Shown: positions 38,601 through 63,892 of the stretch, one piece after another
Numbering within the stretch: the stretch's first letter is position 1
Layout of the letters: every line of letters begins with the position of its first letter
Origin: Lingula anatina
Lineage: Eukaryota > Animalia > Brachiopoda
Direction of reading: 5' to 3'
Assembly (NCBI GenBank): GCA_051362555.1
Contig: CM120640.1
Span: 61,048,788 to 61,112,787 of the forward strand
DNA length: 64,000 nt
Notes under the pieces: model-generated
Databases searched by the model: none
The model's input: only the letters and a program-made list of their open reading frames with translations
Told to the model about the DNA's origin: nothing
Translations under genes and position numbers: made by a program

Positions 38601-41600
38601 GTAGCTTTTGTATGTTTTTCAATTAACTTACAGGCACCAATTAGTTAAGAGGAAAACCAAATTTTCTGATTTAATTTATTTTGTTAAATATCTTTTGACA
38701 AGAACAAATAAATGCACAAGATTTGCCATGTTTGACTTAGTTATAATAACATTGTGTTTGACAAGGATGGCCGCACCCCTCTCTTCCTGTCAGCTCAAAT
38801 GGGAAGTGCATCCATCTGTATGGAGCTGATTAACCATGGTGCTAATTTAAATGCACAGGACAATGAGCTGAGGTATGCATTGTGACCATATGAGCAGCGT
38901 GTAAATTATGGAGAGTTGAGAAATGAAAGCAGCATTAGATCAAAATTTTAGTGGTGTTTTTTTCCAAGGAATCCGATTTGTGGCACCAACTTGCTATATT
39001 GCTAATATGGTCTTGCAGCTTAACGAAACCATGTAGGGTACTTCTGTATGTATTGCAATTGTCTGCAGTCAGTTTAAATGTTATGAATTGTTGTCTTTAC
39101 TTTTATAAAACCTTATTCATAACTGCAAAACAATACAGATAACGTGTAATCAGTATATCTCATCTTTTAAAAGGTTCGTGGCACCACAGCAACCACCTTG
39201 CTGCATAGCCTTTCACACGTGCTCATACCTAAAGCCAGTCAAAAACCCATGCATGCCTCCTTAAATGTTTGATCTTTTATACATTTTTAAATGGTATTTT
39301 GAATGCCAGTTCATATAGAATTATGGTCAGTAAGTACCTACTTAAAATAGTCAATGATTGAAATAATAATTTTTTCTCTGTGCAGTTTTAATTAGTTCCA
39401 TGTCATTTTCAACTATCATAATATTTTTAAAATTATTTACTGTTGATGTTCTCAATAGAACTCCTCTGATGTTGGCTGCAGAACATGGAAGCAAGGATAT
39501 CTGTGAGATGTTCATCAAGAAAGGAGCCTTAGCTCAGATGACTGACAGACTAGGTATTACACACGCACAAAAGCATGCATGCATGCAGGCACGCACACAG
39601 TATATCAGTTATCAGAATGCAGTATTAGCCTCTTGATGTATAATTTGTTTTATATTAACTTGTTTACTTTTTTTTTTTTTTTTTTTGTAGTGGTGGCTAC
39701 CACCATGAGTGCTGGTGGCTTTAATTTTTTTTTTTTTTTTTATATGCCATATTGATGTAGAATAGACATTTAATCTGGCTGGCTGTTGGTAAGATATCTC
39801 TACTGTGTATAGTCCTACTGTTGGTTTAAATAACTTTTAGCCCATTACTGAAATGATGAAAAGCAAATATCATCAATAAAAGGTTGTGTTGGAAGGTATG
39901 TCAGGGAATATACAGTCTGCATTTTGGATTCATACTTGGGTTTGGTGAAAAAAGTTTTATATTTGAGAGAATTAAAAAAAATTTCGATCCCTTGATGATG
40001 AAACATCTGGGCCAAGTTGTAATATCAGCAGCTTGACAAACAATGTTATTTATAAGAAATGACAAGTTTGATATTGGCAAGATTGTATCGCAGCAGACGT
40101 AATACACAACATCCTTTTACATATCAATACTAATCATTGTGGTATAAGACAGTGACTTCATATTTGTATGATGTGTTTTTCTTGTGTCTCAGGTCGCAGT
40201 GCTGGCTGGTATGCCCTGGATAATGGTCATAGTAACATCAAGTATATTGTAGACAATGCTCCTGCTGCAGCATCCTGGGATGTAGGTAAGAGATAGGACA
40301 GATACGCTTATAGTTCACAATGAGGATAAATATGGCTGGGGATAGTTTAATTACTGTCACCATATGACTAGATTGTTCAACATAGGGTTAGAATTTCTTG
40401 CAGTCCCTGTGAAATCTGGCTAATGGAATCACTGCAGAATGAGTGCAGGTCGTATTGGGCTGTAGCCTGAGCGCTTGGAGCAATTATTCCATGACGTCTT
40501 TTTGAGGAATAAGGTGCATTGTCATCCCCAGTTATGTGAACTTTTTTCTTGATGCCCTACAAAAGAGTTAGTGGGCAAAAATTTATATATATTTCCCCTT
40601 ACAATTTCATTATAAACTTGGTGGTGTAAGGTGACAGAGAGTCCCACATGATAGGGAGTCTGCTTCCCATTAATTTGTACAGGTAAGTCTCATCCTAGAT
40701 TTTGACCCACTTAGGTCAGGCTAACCTTAACCATTATAACTGAATGGAGGACTGACTTTCTGTTACATGGGGCCTCAGTTTAGTTACAGTTAAGTACAAA
40801 AACTGAGCCAGTGGTTAGAGGGCCTTTTTTGTATGACATTGGTGTCATCATGATGTATATATATATATATATATAAACCACACTTCGTAAATTGCACTAA
40901 GACACTTAAATTTACTACAGTGGATTCTTTCCATTATTCATGATGTAGCCAGGCATTGTACAATCTAAAAAATGAAATTAATGAAAAAGTCATAGAGAGC
41001 AATTTGCATTTTTTCAGGCATATTTAAAATTTGTTTATTTCTAAATTATAAAATGCATAATTATGCTTGCACCTTTAAAAATTAAAGTTCCTGTTGATAA
41101 TTGCATTTTATTTTGTTTATCCATGTAAGTATTTTATTAAAGGGATAACAACTGTTCATTTTGGCCAAAAAATGAATTTTCCTGGGGTAAATGGCAATTT
41201 TTCCATACTTACCAATGGTTAATGAATCCATTTCTACATTCAAAATTAGTCCCTGGTTATTTTTTTCTAAAAAGTTTGTTTTTTGTAATAATCTCTTAAG
41301 AGATTATTGCAGAGTATTGCCATCAGATGGTCGGATGGCAAGCATAGATTTCAGATTAATTGCTGTAACAACAACTGGCCAGTTCATTTGAGATCTTTTT
41401 CCTTTATTTATCCTGTTGTTAGTTATAGCAATTAATCTGAAATCTGTGCAGCCTTGTCCAACCTTCTTTAACACTTGGTTCAGTGGTGGGGTTCACTTCA
41501 CGTGATATAAACAGTTGTGCAGAAGTTTCCAAATATTTTATTGTTTCAGCATTTTCAACTTAGTATTGACATAGAAGCACAAAGGACTTCAATTTTGACA

Positions 41601-44600
41601 CCCTTATCTGACATTTACATCGATTGTAATTCTTGGTTTAGCAAACCATAAGTAAATTGAAATCAATAATTTACTGAAAAATTTTCTTTAATTCAACTCC
41701 CTAAGATTATTTGGCATATCTTAGTTAAAGTTTTGGAGCTCTTAGCCAATGACAATGCCAGGTCTCTTCGCAGCTGAAAGGGTTATTTTGATACTGCTCT
41801 GGTTTGAAGAGAAAAGCCTTGGTTTTCAAAAATCATTAATTTTGTAGATAGTGAGTTTTACCTTTGAGGGCTTAACATCCCATTATAATCAGTCAGGTTC
41901 TCTAGTGTTATGAGTATATATAGATAGATCTCTATTAGCCAGGTTGAAAACACACCTTGTTAATTTGGCCAGGGTTCTGAAACATGATCTCAACTTGTAT
42001 AGGTAATAGGTATTTGCAAGTGGGGATTAGGTATGCAGAGGCTGATTTTGATATTTTGATACACCTTTCTGTAATTTGATAGCATCGTAAAGGTCTTGCT
42101 GATGAGTTGGTACTCCATAAACCCTGGTTATTGAAGTTAGATATATAGTGTGTACCCCTTCCATGAACTTAAAGTAGTTTATATATTAAAGTCACCATTA
42201 CATAACATTTTAATGTCTTAAAAGTTACTCTTTTGATAATAATCTTTGTTATAGATTTTAAGGTGGTATTCTGTTTGTTGATGTTTTTGATATTTATGAA
42301 ATGACTAACTTTACCTAATACTTTGATATTTAAACACTGAAAAGTCAGTTTGGGGAAAAAGTTACTTGAAGTAATTGTATTTGTTATTGTTATAATAGAA
42401 ATAATTGCCATGTGAGATAGATTGTTTTGTCATTTTGAAATACTATGCTTTAGGTGCAGATGAAGTGACCGTTAAGCAACCAGAGCATGTGGATTTTGTT
42501 GATGCTTTCATCAGTTCACAGAACAGGCTAGAGGGTGGAGATAGCACAGAGGATGAAGGGGGACATGATAATGAGAGTGATGAGGACAATACAATGCTAA
42601 ACCAGTTGAATAAAGACACAAAGGTTTTATATAAGTTTATACTTGAACACATATGAAATCAAATATGTTACAAATCAAAACAATCGTAGCCCATGAAAAA
42701 CATTTTCTTACATGAGCTATATGTTTGGAAATGTTTTAAAGCCATTCAACATTATTTTGATATGATCAGAAAGTAATCTGGTTGTTAAAGTGTGTTCCAG
42801 TTTGAATAAGAAAGATATTTATTTTATTTTAAGAACACCAAGCATTCATCTGTGAGCAAGAATATTCCGGAGCCAATCAATTCTGGTCAGCAAAGAGCAT
42901 CTACTCAGATGACTATGGATCTGTATCGCGTGAGTGAGATACAGCCATTTCTATCAAAACAAGAACATAAGAATGTATTATGTCCATTAAGTTCTCATAT
43001 AATGTTATCTAAAGCTGAATACAATTAAAATTTGCCATTGGACCATTGCAAATACAATAAAATTGGTATTTTACATGAATTTACTAGAAGAAAATTCAGA
43101 TAGGCTGATTTAAGATTATCTCTGACAAGTAGATAGTCAAAGAACTTATATGATAGTACTGTACATGAATTATTATGGGTTTTCTTTTTCAGGAACTGGA
43201 AGAAGAACATGATCTTTTGAATCAAGAGTACAACCAACTGACTGTAAAATACAATAAATTAGTCCAGAAACAACAGCAGAAAGAAGGCCAAGGACAACAA
43301 CAGGTGCAGGCTTGGCAAAAGGAAAATAAAAGTTTTGTTTTGGATTTAACGTTTTGTTTCATTGGACCATTCTCTAGTTTTGTTGAATATACACTGAAGA
43401 AAAGTTGTTAGTCAGTAACTACAATCCAGAGTTTTTAGCACTGCTGTTAACTCTCCTCTGCCCAGTTTATGCTCTCAGTCATCCCCTTGGTGCCAGTAAT
43501 TGCAAAGGAGTGCTAATTATATATAGAAAGGTTTCCAATAGCCTCTGAAACTCAGGGTGTGTGCTGCATTAGCTGAATATGATAACCTTTTACACAAGAG
43601 ACCTCATTCCCAATGAAAATATGGTTCAACATAGATCGAACCAACTCCACAGGGACTCTTGCTGAATGCAATCAGAAGAACAGATTAACACGGTTCTTCT
43701 TGTTTCCAGTGCACTTGTATAACTACCCTCTTTGCTGTATTCTATCCAATATCAGTTGAAGGCTTGTTTATCTGTTAATCTGATTGCATTCAGTGAGAAT
43801 CCCAGCAGAGTTGGATCAATTTATGTAGAATGGGAATGAGCCCTTAGAGTAGGTAGTTGGAAACAGAACTTATGTGATATTTTGTTTCAGAATGCTATTG
43901 ATGCCACATTGATAGAATCCTTAGAGGAGGAAGTTCAGAGATTGACCTCTCAGTTAACACAAGCCAAGGACAGGGAGCAAGAGTATGTTGAAGAGATACA
44001 GGGTCTGAAGGATCAACTCTCTGCTTTCCAAGTAAGCAATTTTATAATGCATACAGCAAGCTCAAGAATAATTCCCTTGATTTTGTAAAGAAATTATGCG
44101 GTGCCAGTGATTACTGTATTTTTAAATAGTTATTTATAATAATCTTAAGTTGCGTATATTTTACAGGTTGTGTCCCACTAAGATTTTAATTGAATAAATG
44201 GATAATGAACCTTTAATAAATCCTTAGTGAATAAGAAACAAAATTTGATTGATTTTTAGGCCTCAGATGTTGAGAAAGAAGGCAGTGATGTTGATAGCTG
44301 GGGAGACACTGATGATGAATTGTTTGATCTGCCAGGTAGGTGGCACTTAACTGAAAGTTTTCTAACTTATTAAAGGACAATAGACCCACAAAAATCCATT
44401 TCTCGAATTTTGAATATTCAGCACTCAATCTATACACTAGAGGTATGTTTTAATCGATCCCAGCCATTAAAAATTTATAAAAACAATCTATTAGTAGAAA
44501 AAAAGCGTTTTAGTAAACCTCACCTCAATATGCATAAATGAAGCAACAGATCTGGGTCATGTGGTACTGTGACGACAATGAGGATAAAGGTCTATGAGAC

Positions 44601-47600
44601 TTAACTGAGCGGCATGGTGCATACAGACAATAGTTTAAGAAAGTTGTGTTGAACGGAGTTGAGCAATTTTCCTTATGCCTCAGTGTGTTGCCGTGGGATG
44701 CAGCACTCCTTGACAATCTTTCTTTGTCTGTGACGGTCTTCCATGACTTACTAACTTTGGTGACAATAGTTGCGATGCTCGCGATCTCGGTCACCTCAGG
44801 TGTTTTAGATCATATGAAAAGCTGATAGTCTTTTAGATTAACTGTCATCAGTTGGCAAGCTTACTAATTGCTGATGCATTTTAAATGCATTGTAGTTGAC
44901 AAAGAGCTCGTTAACAATAAAACCTGTTAATTATGCACTGCTGCAATTCCCAAGCCAGGTAATAACAGGTATCAAACTTGTCTTGGTGGGCTTTCATATT
45001 TTTCAATATATCTCATTTATTTCATGGGGTTATTTTATTGGTATTTGTAAATGACATTAAATATCAATATTTAAACAATTAAGATCAAACACGGTCGCGA
45101 ACATTAATAACAGAAATTGCTCTCAGGGTATCTTGAAGCATGCGTATGCCCAGGCATTACTTCCTTGGAAGAAAACGTGTTGAGGAAAAACAGGAAAAAG
45201 AGTAAAGATTGAAAGATAATTTTAGACAATTAGACAAACTTTGACGAGGGAAATATCTACAAAGAGTAAAGGGCTATTGCGCCAACATCTTGTTGAAATT
45301 TTTACACTGCAATTCTATTTAAATAAGCTAAGGAACTAATTGCCAAATTTAAACTTTCATCACATAACAGGGGCGTAACCAGACCTGCAAAAGTTGTACG
45401 CACAGATTAAAAAATTACAAGCACGTACAGCAAAATGTAGACTAACGCAAAACATGAAGGACAGCGTAATCATAGCAAATGTACCTCATATAGTAGCTTA
45501 ATTTCCATTAATAATAAAATCATCATTTAAGTCAAAAATATTCTCGTGATTTAATAAATATTCTAATTTACCCAGAACGGTATATTTATTTAAAAGGAGG
45601 CTAACTGAAATATAGTTTTATTATTTGTTTGTGAAAATTGCTCATGTCACCCTGTTAGTTTGGAGGCCTAAGCTGGATCAAGTCCATGTTAAAATTCCTA
45701 TGAAGCTGTGCAGGAAAAATTCTTCCTTTGTTTCTCTAGCTCCTTGATAAACCTGGTGTTCAGATTTTATCTAGTACCCCCAGGTCTGCGGGAGCTGCTC
45801 TTTGAAACTAACACACAGGTAGATTTTTACCTGAGATAAATATCGCCAGATAGATACTCGCTACAGGAGAAATGAATGCCATTTAACCCTCTAATTAAGA
45901 GGTAAAGGAAGTTCCAGTTAGATGGATGATTAAGATAGGACTTGTAAAGGTAACGGGCATTGTTTACCTCAGTTTAATAAAAGTGTGCAAGACGGATTGT
46001 CAGCGGTTTGATAAAATTAATTGAATTTCGCAAATAACATGGACCTCATATGCAAAAATCAACAGTATCCTTAACTCATTCAAATGCAGTGTTTTATACA
46101 ACTTGGGATAACCATAATTAAATGCTTGTTAAAGAATTGACTAGACGGGAAATGGTTTTACACAGCTTCACGAGGATTTAGACCCCTCGGGTAAGAGATT
46201 TGAATGAGTATAAACTTTTATCAGAAGCCAGAGAAGTCATCTTACAGGTAGACAATGCAGCTCAGTTTGACAGCTAAGCACGCTCTGTTCTCCGGTGGCA
46301 CGATTGTCGTCATCGGACCACGTGACCACATAGCTCATTAACTCCCAGGCCGAGCAAATAGGACATTTTTTAAAGCCAAAAATTTAAAAAATGAGCTTTT
46401 AATTTGTGTATTTGGATAACGATATCGTTAGTTGGGCATGTTTTTTGAAGAATATGTTCCGTTCAGTCCATTCTGACATTATGGCGCAAATCCTTTAAAG
46501 ATGTGGATAAAGTGAATGGGGTATATTTGTAGTCTATGCAATTTAGACCATTTGTTGATGCAACCTAATTTTAAAAGATATTATGATACTTAAAGAATGT
46601 AATACATTTTTCATAAGGCACTGATAAAAGACAACCTGGAACTATAACACAGAAATTGCCAAAGTCAACCTTAAGCAGTGAAGATCAGCAAAACAAGAAG
46701 CAAATTGCTGTTCTTAGGAGCCAATTACTAGAATTGACAAGAGATAATGATGCATTGAAGGAGAAGATGTCAAAGGTAAAAAGGAATTAGTAATAATACT
46801 ATCGAACATAAATATGTAACAAAATTCTAAGTTGTTTTGTGACAGTTATAGGGTGTTTTATGTGTTTTTGTGACTGTATAGCATTAAGTGACTGAAAGTT
46901 TTTGTGAATAAATGTGATGGCTCATTATTGTAAGAGTTGAAGAATTTAACCAGTAATTTACCAGCTATGCTTTTATTAGTATTTTTATATTTCATATTAT
47001 TAAAAAACCTTTTGAATTTCAGATGAAGCCAATGTCTGATTCCTCAGAGCCCGTAAGTTTGTCAAAATCAGAAGATGAAAGAGAAACTGTACCTTTATCA
47101 CAGTATGAAGATTTAAAAAGAGCAAATGAATCTGAAGTCAGAGATTTAAAGCATAAAATTGCAGAGTTAGAGAGTGAAAAGCTGACATTCATCACTGCCA
47201 TTGAAACAACTGTACCAGAAGAAAAATATGAAGAAATGCAGACCTCCTCAGAACTACAAATTGCAGATATGCAGGGGATAATATCAGGATTGGAAAAGGA
47301 ACTGGAAAGAGTAAATGGACAGATGAGCTCAAATCAACAGTCTTCCAAAACTCTTGAAGAACATTTACAACAGAAGAGTTTGGAAGTAATGACTCTGCAG
47401 AATGAAATAGTTAACCTAGAAGCTAAGATTTCTCAGCTTAAGCAGACTGGAAGTCCAAGGGAAGGAAAACAACTTGAAGATACTTACGGAATGGAGATTG
47501 CAAAGTTAAAGCAATTTATATCTGAGTCTGAAATTAAAATACAGACACTGGAACAGGCCAGGGAAAATACTATACCAAATGACTTGTACAAAGAAATGAA

Positions 47601-49289
47601 GAAAAAGAATAACGAAGAAAAGCAAGTGCTTCAGTCACAAATTGACACACTGCAGGAACAGTTGGAATCGGTAGCAAAAGAGGTGATTTTTAGTATTAAA
47701 AAAAACACTACATCAAAAAGGTTACAATAGTCAATTAATGATTATCATATCTTATCCAAAATGTGATCCTCCCTTAGGTGGTTTTACATGAATTTGACTA
47801 TGTACATTTAAAGCTGATGTTTTATATTTTCATTTTAGCTCAATGAGTTGACTGTGCATACAGATAAACTTATGTCTGAGAAAGAAGGCCTTGCTGGAAA
47901 AAACAAGACATTGACACAGGAGGTAGAAAAACTGCAACTCCAACTGGAGAACCTACAACAATATCATGAGAAGACCCACACAGAGCGTGAAACAAGGCTA
48001 AAGCAAGCAGGGGAACTGACCTGTGAATTGGGAAGGATACAGGACACAATATCACACATGTCCACTGAAAATACCCAGCTAAAGGACACAGTGCAGCAGC
48101 AGGTGAAGGAAATAGTAGAACTGAAGGACCAACTGGAGAAAAAAGTTTGGTACGAGAGACAGCTGATGGATCAGTTAGCAGCCCTGAAAAAGGAAAATTC
48201 TCATCTTAAAGAATTGGAACTTGAAAAAGAAAATTTTGTAGCAGAAATGACTAATCTGAAGCATCATGTTGCAGAGCTTGAAAAAGAAAATTCACAAGTT
48301 AGAGAGTTAATAGATGAAAATGAAAAGTTGTTCAGTGAAAATGCTAGACTTAAACAGCAAAAAAAGACAGAAAATAAAAAAGATAGTCAGCTTACAGTAG
48401 ACGTAAAAACTAAAATCGAAAAGTTAACTTATGATAACGCTCAACTGAAACAGCAAGTTACTGCCTCAAACAAAGAATCATCAAAATTAAAGAGAGACAT
48501 TTGTAGTTTAAATGAAACCGTTGAAAAGTTGAACAAGGCTTTGTCAAGACACCAGGAGCAGCGAAGTCCAAGCCAGTCAGCAAGTGGAGATGGAAAACAA
48601 CTTCAAGCTATGCAGAATCAGATTGAAAAACTAAAACAGCAGCTTGCAGTAAGTCATCCCAAACTTTATTTTTGTCACCAGATTGTATAATCAATCTTGC
48701 TGGTTGTCTTTTTGATAAAGTACTATAGTAGTGGGCAAAGAAAAATAGATTGTGGCAGTTTATGTTAACTGCATACACGTTTATTGCCAGTAACTGTAAA
48801 CAGTTAAACTGTAGTTTTTTTTATTCATAAGGAAATGTATTTTAAATTAGTGATAAACGCAATCAATAAACGCAAAAAGCGTGATGCAACACATACAAAA
48901 AAATCTTTATTATGTTCATGTTTCAGGAGGCAGATGTCAAGCACAGAGAGGTTGTCAATACCTACAGAACTCATTTGCTGTCTGCAGTACAGGTAAGGAT
49001 ATAATTTGTAGACTGCCAGCAAACATGTTTTTCAATGTTGGGGGGACAAACCTTTCTAGCTGTCTTTAAGTTTTTCAATACTAAATGAATCTAAAAGATA
49101 TTTTTTTATTTATCCCTGTGCTGTAATGGTTAGATAGGAGCCCTCTCCAAATAACTGATTATCTATTTTTAAGTGAGAGAAAAAGAAAGTCATCTGTTAT
49201 TGCTCTAATTCCAGGGCCGTATGGATCCAGATGTCCAGGAAGCTCTCCATCATATTATCAGTCTCCGGAGCAAGGAGCAGTTCTGTTAA
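32667..49289 (+). CDS. RAI14/UACA/ANKRD24-family ankyrin-repeat and coiled-coil protein (~1039 aa, 18 coding exons)
   Basis: Exons 32667-32714, 36075-36205, 36978-37066, 38202-38266, 38357-38485, 38766-38872, 39459-39553, 40193-40285, 42454-42623, 42834-42929, 43193-43303, 43891-44031, 44260-44335, 46618-46775, 47023-47682, 47839-48648, 48927-48992, 49215-49289 total 3120 nt with consistent phases. N-terminus [38 protein letters not shown] matches RAI14-type EWNKNDDRLLQAVENGD; about six ankyrin repeats follow. C-terminus [28 protein letters not shown] matches the family end motif. Likely co-orthologue of RAI14/UACA/ANKRD24/ANKRD35, so no single symbol is given. Confidence 0.93.
35183..35930 (-). 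mobile_element. Helentron/HINE-like non-autonomous element carrying a tRNA-like unit, inside a 34-bp direct duplication
   Basis: Minus-strand 5' end ttattagtttattcc with palindrome tgcaaaa-ttc-ttttgca (35895-35911); 3' end cttgtttaa; CpG-rich interior. Perfect 34-bp repeats at 35128-35161 and 35954-35987. Class assignment is inferred. Confidence 0.55.
35397..35474 (-). pseudogene. Degenerate tRNA-like sequence (Thr-TGT-like loop), tRNA pseudogene or SINE head
   Basis: Minus strand agctagaTAGCTCAGGTGGTAGAGC..tttgtaa..CCAGGTTCGATCCCTGGtctaaca. A and B boxes intact, D and T stems perfect, acceptor stem 5/7, about 5 extra nt before a weak anticodon stem, followed by a T-run. Confidence 0.75.
37347..38133 (+). 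mobile_element. Helentron-associated (HINE/DINE-1-like) element, family H copy 1
   Basis: 5' palindrome atatacagacac..gtatctgtatat, GTCGCC-like microsatellite, three core repeats containing gaaaatcagcatgat, and a doubled 3' end tgtctg(a/t)atatttg(a/t)cagctttgctgt. Same architecture as 58844-62070. Confidence 0.75.
41141..41270. mobile_element. Kolobok-like MITE fragment (same family as 63543-63892)
   Basis: ttaa|agggataacaactg..ttttcctggggtaaatggcaatttttccatacttaccaatggttaatgaatc matches the reverse complement of about 63760-63891. Confidence 0.75.
43600..43843. mobile_element. Fold-back Harbinger-like MITE, family B copy 1
   Basis: Inverted arms ctcattccca..ccaactc..ctgaatgcaatcaga..cagattaaca / tgttaatctgattgcattcag..gagttgg..tgggaatgag; related to 58247-58469. 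Confidence 0.75.
45270..46494. mobile_element. Kolobok-like element with a nested hAT-like fragment (45368-45560)
   Basis: Imperfect TIRs agggctattgcgcca / tggcgcaaatcct with gtaa/ttaa flanks. The nested caggggcgtaaccag.. segment is homologous to the reverse complement of about 23760-23935. Confidence 0.6.
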
Positions 49290-50526
49290 ATATCCTTCAC
49301 TACAAAAGTCAGTACTCGAAATATTTAAACCAAAGCCAACTAGCTATTTAAAATTGGATCTTGCCATCAAGTGCTAGATGCTATTTTAAGAATCGACTGT
49401 TGCAGCATAATTTTGATGCTGCAGAAGCAACAGGTGCAAAGTTGATGGTACTAGGGATTGTTTTTTGGTCCTGGCATTACAGATGCCTTGAAATTTATTA
49501 AAGGGGTAGCATAATATATGTTTCATATATTGCATATGAAAATGATCAGATCATGCCAAAAAGATTTCAGGTTTAAAGCGCATTTGCAATGAATTTGAAG
49601 AGGGGCCTTTAACACCCATATAATTTTCAGAGCCAAAATTGTAAATTAGTTTTGATGTGACAACAACTGCCAAATTATACATTAAAGTTATCAAGAAGTA
49701 TTTTCTTTAATAGTGTTAGCATGTAGACACAAGTAAAATATGTAGCGAGTTCCCATGGCACATAACCCCAACTCTTCAACAGTGCCATATGTCCTGTTTA
49801 CTCTTGAAAATCCCCCTCATTCTCTTTATTTTACATGTAAAAAAAGTTCTGTTAAGACTTCCATCATACTTTATTGCAATTCTAAGAAAATGTACCACAT
49901 TGAGATTATTAGAATGGTATCAGGGACCTAATTCTGATGAGGAAAATGTAAGCAGAAGAAATCAGATATAACTGTTATGGACATTTTTAATCTTTTTTCC
50001 AAGGTTAAATATATACATAGGGTAATTCTACATAGAGACAAGATATTGTAAATCGTACGTTTTGCATATTCTTTTTGTAGACAATCATTTATTTTTAGAT
50101 CAATATTTTATACTACTTCACTACTTTATGTGAAATGTACTTCTATTCTTTTAGAACGTTTTCTAAATACTTGCCATTTTTATACCTGACATTCTGTTAT
50201 AATCAAAATTATATAAGACATGAATATGTTGTGAAATATTTTTGTTAATTTAAATCCTTCCTTAGGCCATGTTTCGCATTATATGTTTATCACTTTATTT
50301 CAGAGGTTGCGTATAGTTTATAAAATTAAGCTTAGCTGTTGCCAGGTGTAAATCAAAAGTATATCACCAGAAGCATGGTTCTGAAAAGTTTTTGTAATGA
50401 GGAACTTCCATTGAAATAATAGGTGCTGGAATAGAATTGTCAGATATCAAACTGTACTTTCTTCACAAGTCAAGTCATACTTGCTATATCATAATTCAGT
50501 TTTGTTAGATGTATTATTCAAATATG

Positions 50527-50547
50527 AGTAATAAATCATTTATTACT
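50527..50547. terminator. Candidate bidirectional polyadenylation signal
   Basis: agtAATAAAt-c-aTTTATTact: AATAAA on + at 50530-50535 and on - at 50544-50539, between the convergent RAI14-like and METTL25B stop codons. Confidence 0.55.
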
Positions 50548-51300
50548 TAAGGTATAATTCTTGTTAAGAATTTAAAGAAGAAAAACACTTGATCTTTCTT
50601 TATTGTTACACTTTCCAGGAAATGAAACATACTTTTTTTTTTTTGCTAAGCAGAAATTTCAATCTTTTCAATCTCAAATGCAGGTCCAACGAATCAATTA
50701 AATCATACAGTTTTAATAGAATAAAACCCTATTTTGTATAGATGTTTGACTTGGAGGGGTATGATCTGGTGACTATATATGATATGAAGGCTATGTCAGT
50801 ATGTCAAAAACAAAAACAAATGGACAACAAACCAGTAGGAACTGGCAAATTATAGCCCAGTGTTTCCATTAAGTCTGAACCCATAACCACTTTAGTACAA
50901 TTCCTACGTAATAAAAAGAGCAAGAAGATTCTTACAAGAAAGCTGTAAAACAGGTTAAAACTTTTAAAAGTATATCCCTTTTCATAATTTAAACTGGAGT
51001 GTTGGTTGAATAAGAACACTAAAAGAAGTACATACAAAGTTAAAAACCCCTTTCATTGCATATTGACCAACAACCCCCCACAAAACCTGCACTTAAATAT
51101 CTACACCACCATGACACACAAGCTAAACTTGTGCTTGAGTTTATATAAAAACCTTCAATGATTATATATGCCTGAATCATTATGGATGCACTCTGACTAA
51201 CGATGCATTATTGGAAATAGTGTAGGTAAAGGGTGTAAAAATATATAAAATGTGCTACAATTAACTGTATATTAATTGTATATCTCATGCTCCTCTCCAT

Positions 51301-63521
<12,221 letters not shown>

Positions 63522-63542
63522 GTAAAATGAAATGGTGGTTAA

Positions 63543-63892
63543 AGGGATTACAACTCTTCATGTAAAATTTGAAATTCCACAAAAAATAAATTGTAAACCA
63601 CACATAGAAATATAATAAATAACATTTTGCCACCAAAACGGCAGTAATCACAGTTTAATTTGTGCTTGCCATCCGACCACATGGACCTTCATAGATGGCT
63701 ATACCCATGTCATACTCTCTTAATAAAGTTTTACAAAAAATACACAAAACAAAAGAAAAAAAAAACAATCCAACTACATTTGAATGTCAGAATAGATTCG
63801 TTAACCATTGGAATGTATGAGAAAATTGTCATTTACCCCAGGAAAATCCATTTTGTGGCACTTTCCTGCCAAAATAAAGAGTTGTAATCCCT
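63543..63892. mobile_element. Kolobok-like MITE at a TTAA-type site
   Basis: TIRs agggattacaactctt / aagagttgtaatccct with ttaa/taaa flanks. Homologous fragment at 41141. Immediately followed by ttaaaggtac.., probably another element cut by the window edge. Confidence 0.82.

Noticed and set aside
49275-49289. C-terminal cysteine (KEQFC*) as a prenylation link to neighbouring PGGT1B
   Set aside because: The Cys is terminal, not at -4 (CaaX) nor in CC/CxC; not a GGTase-I substrate motif.
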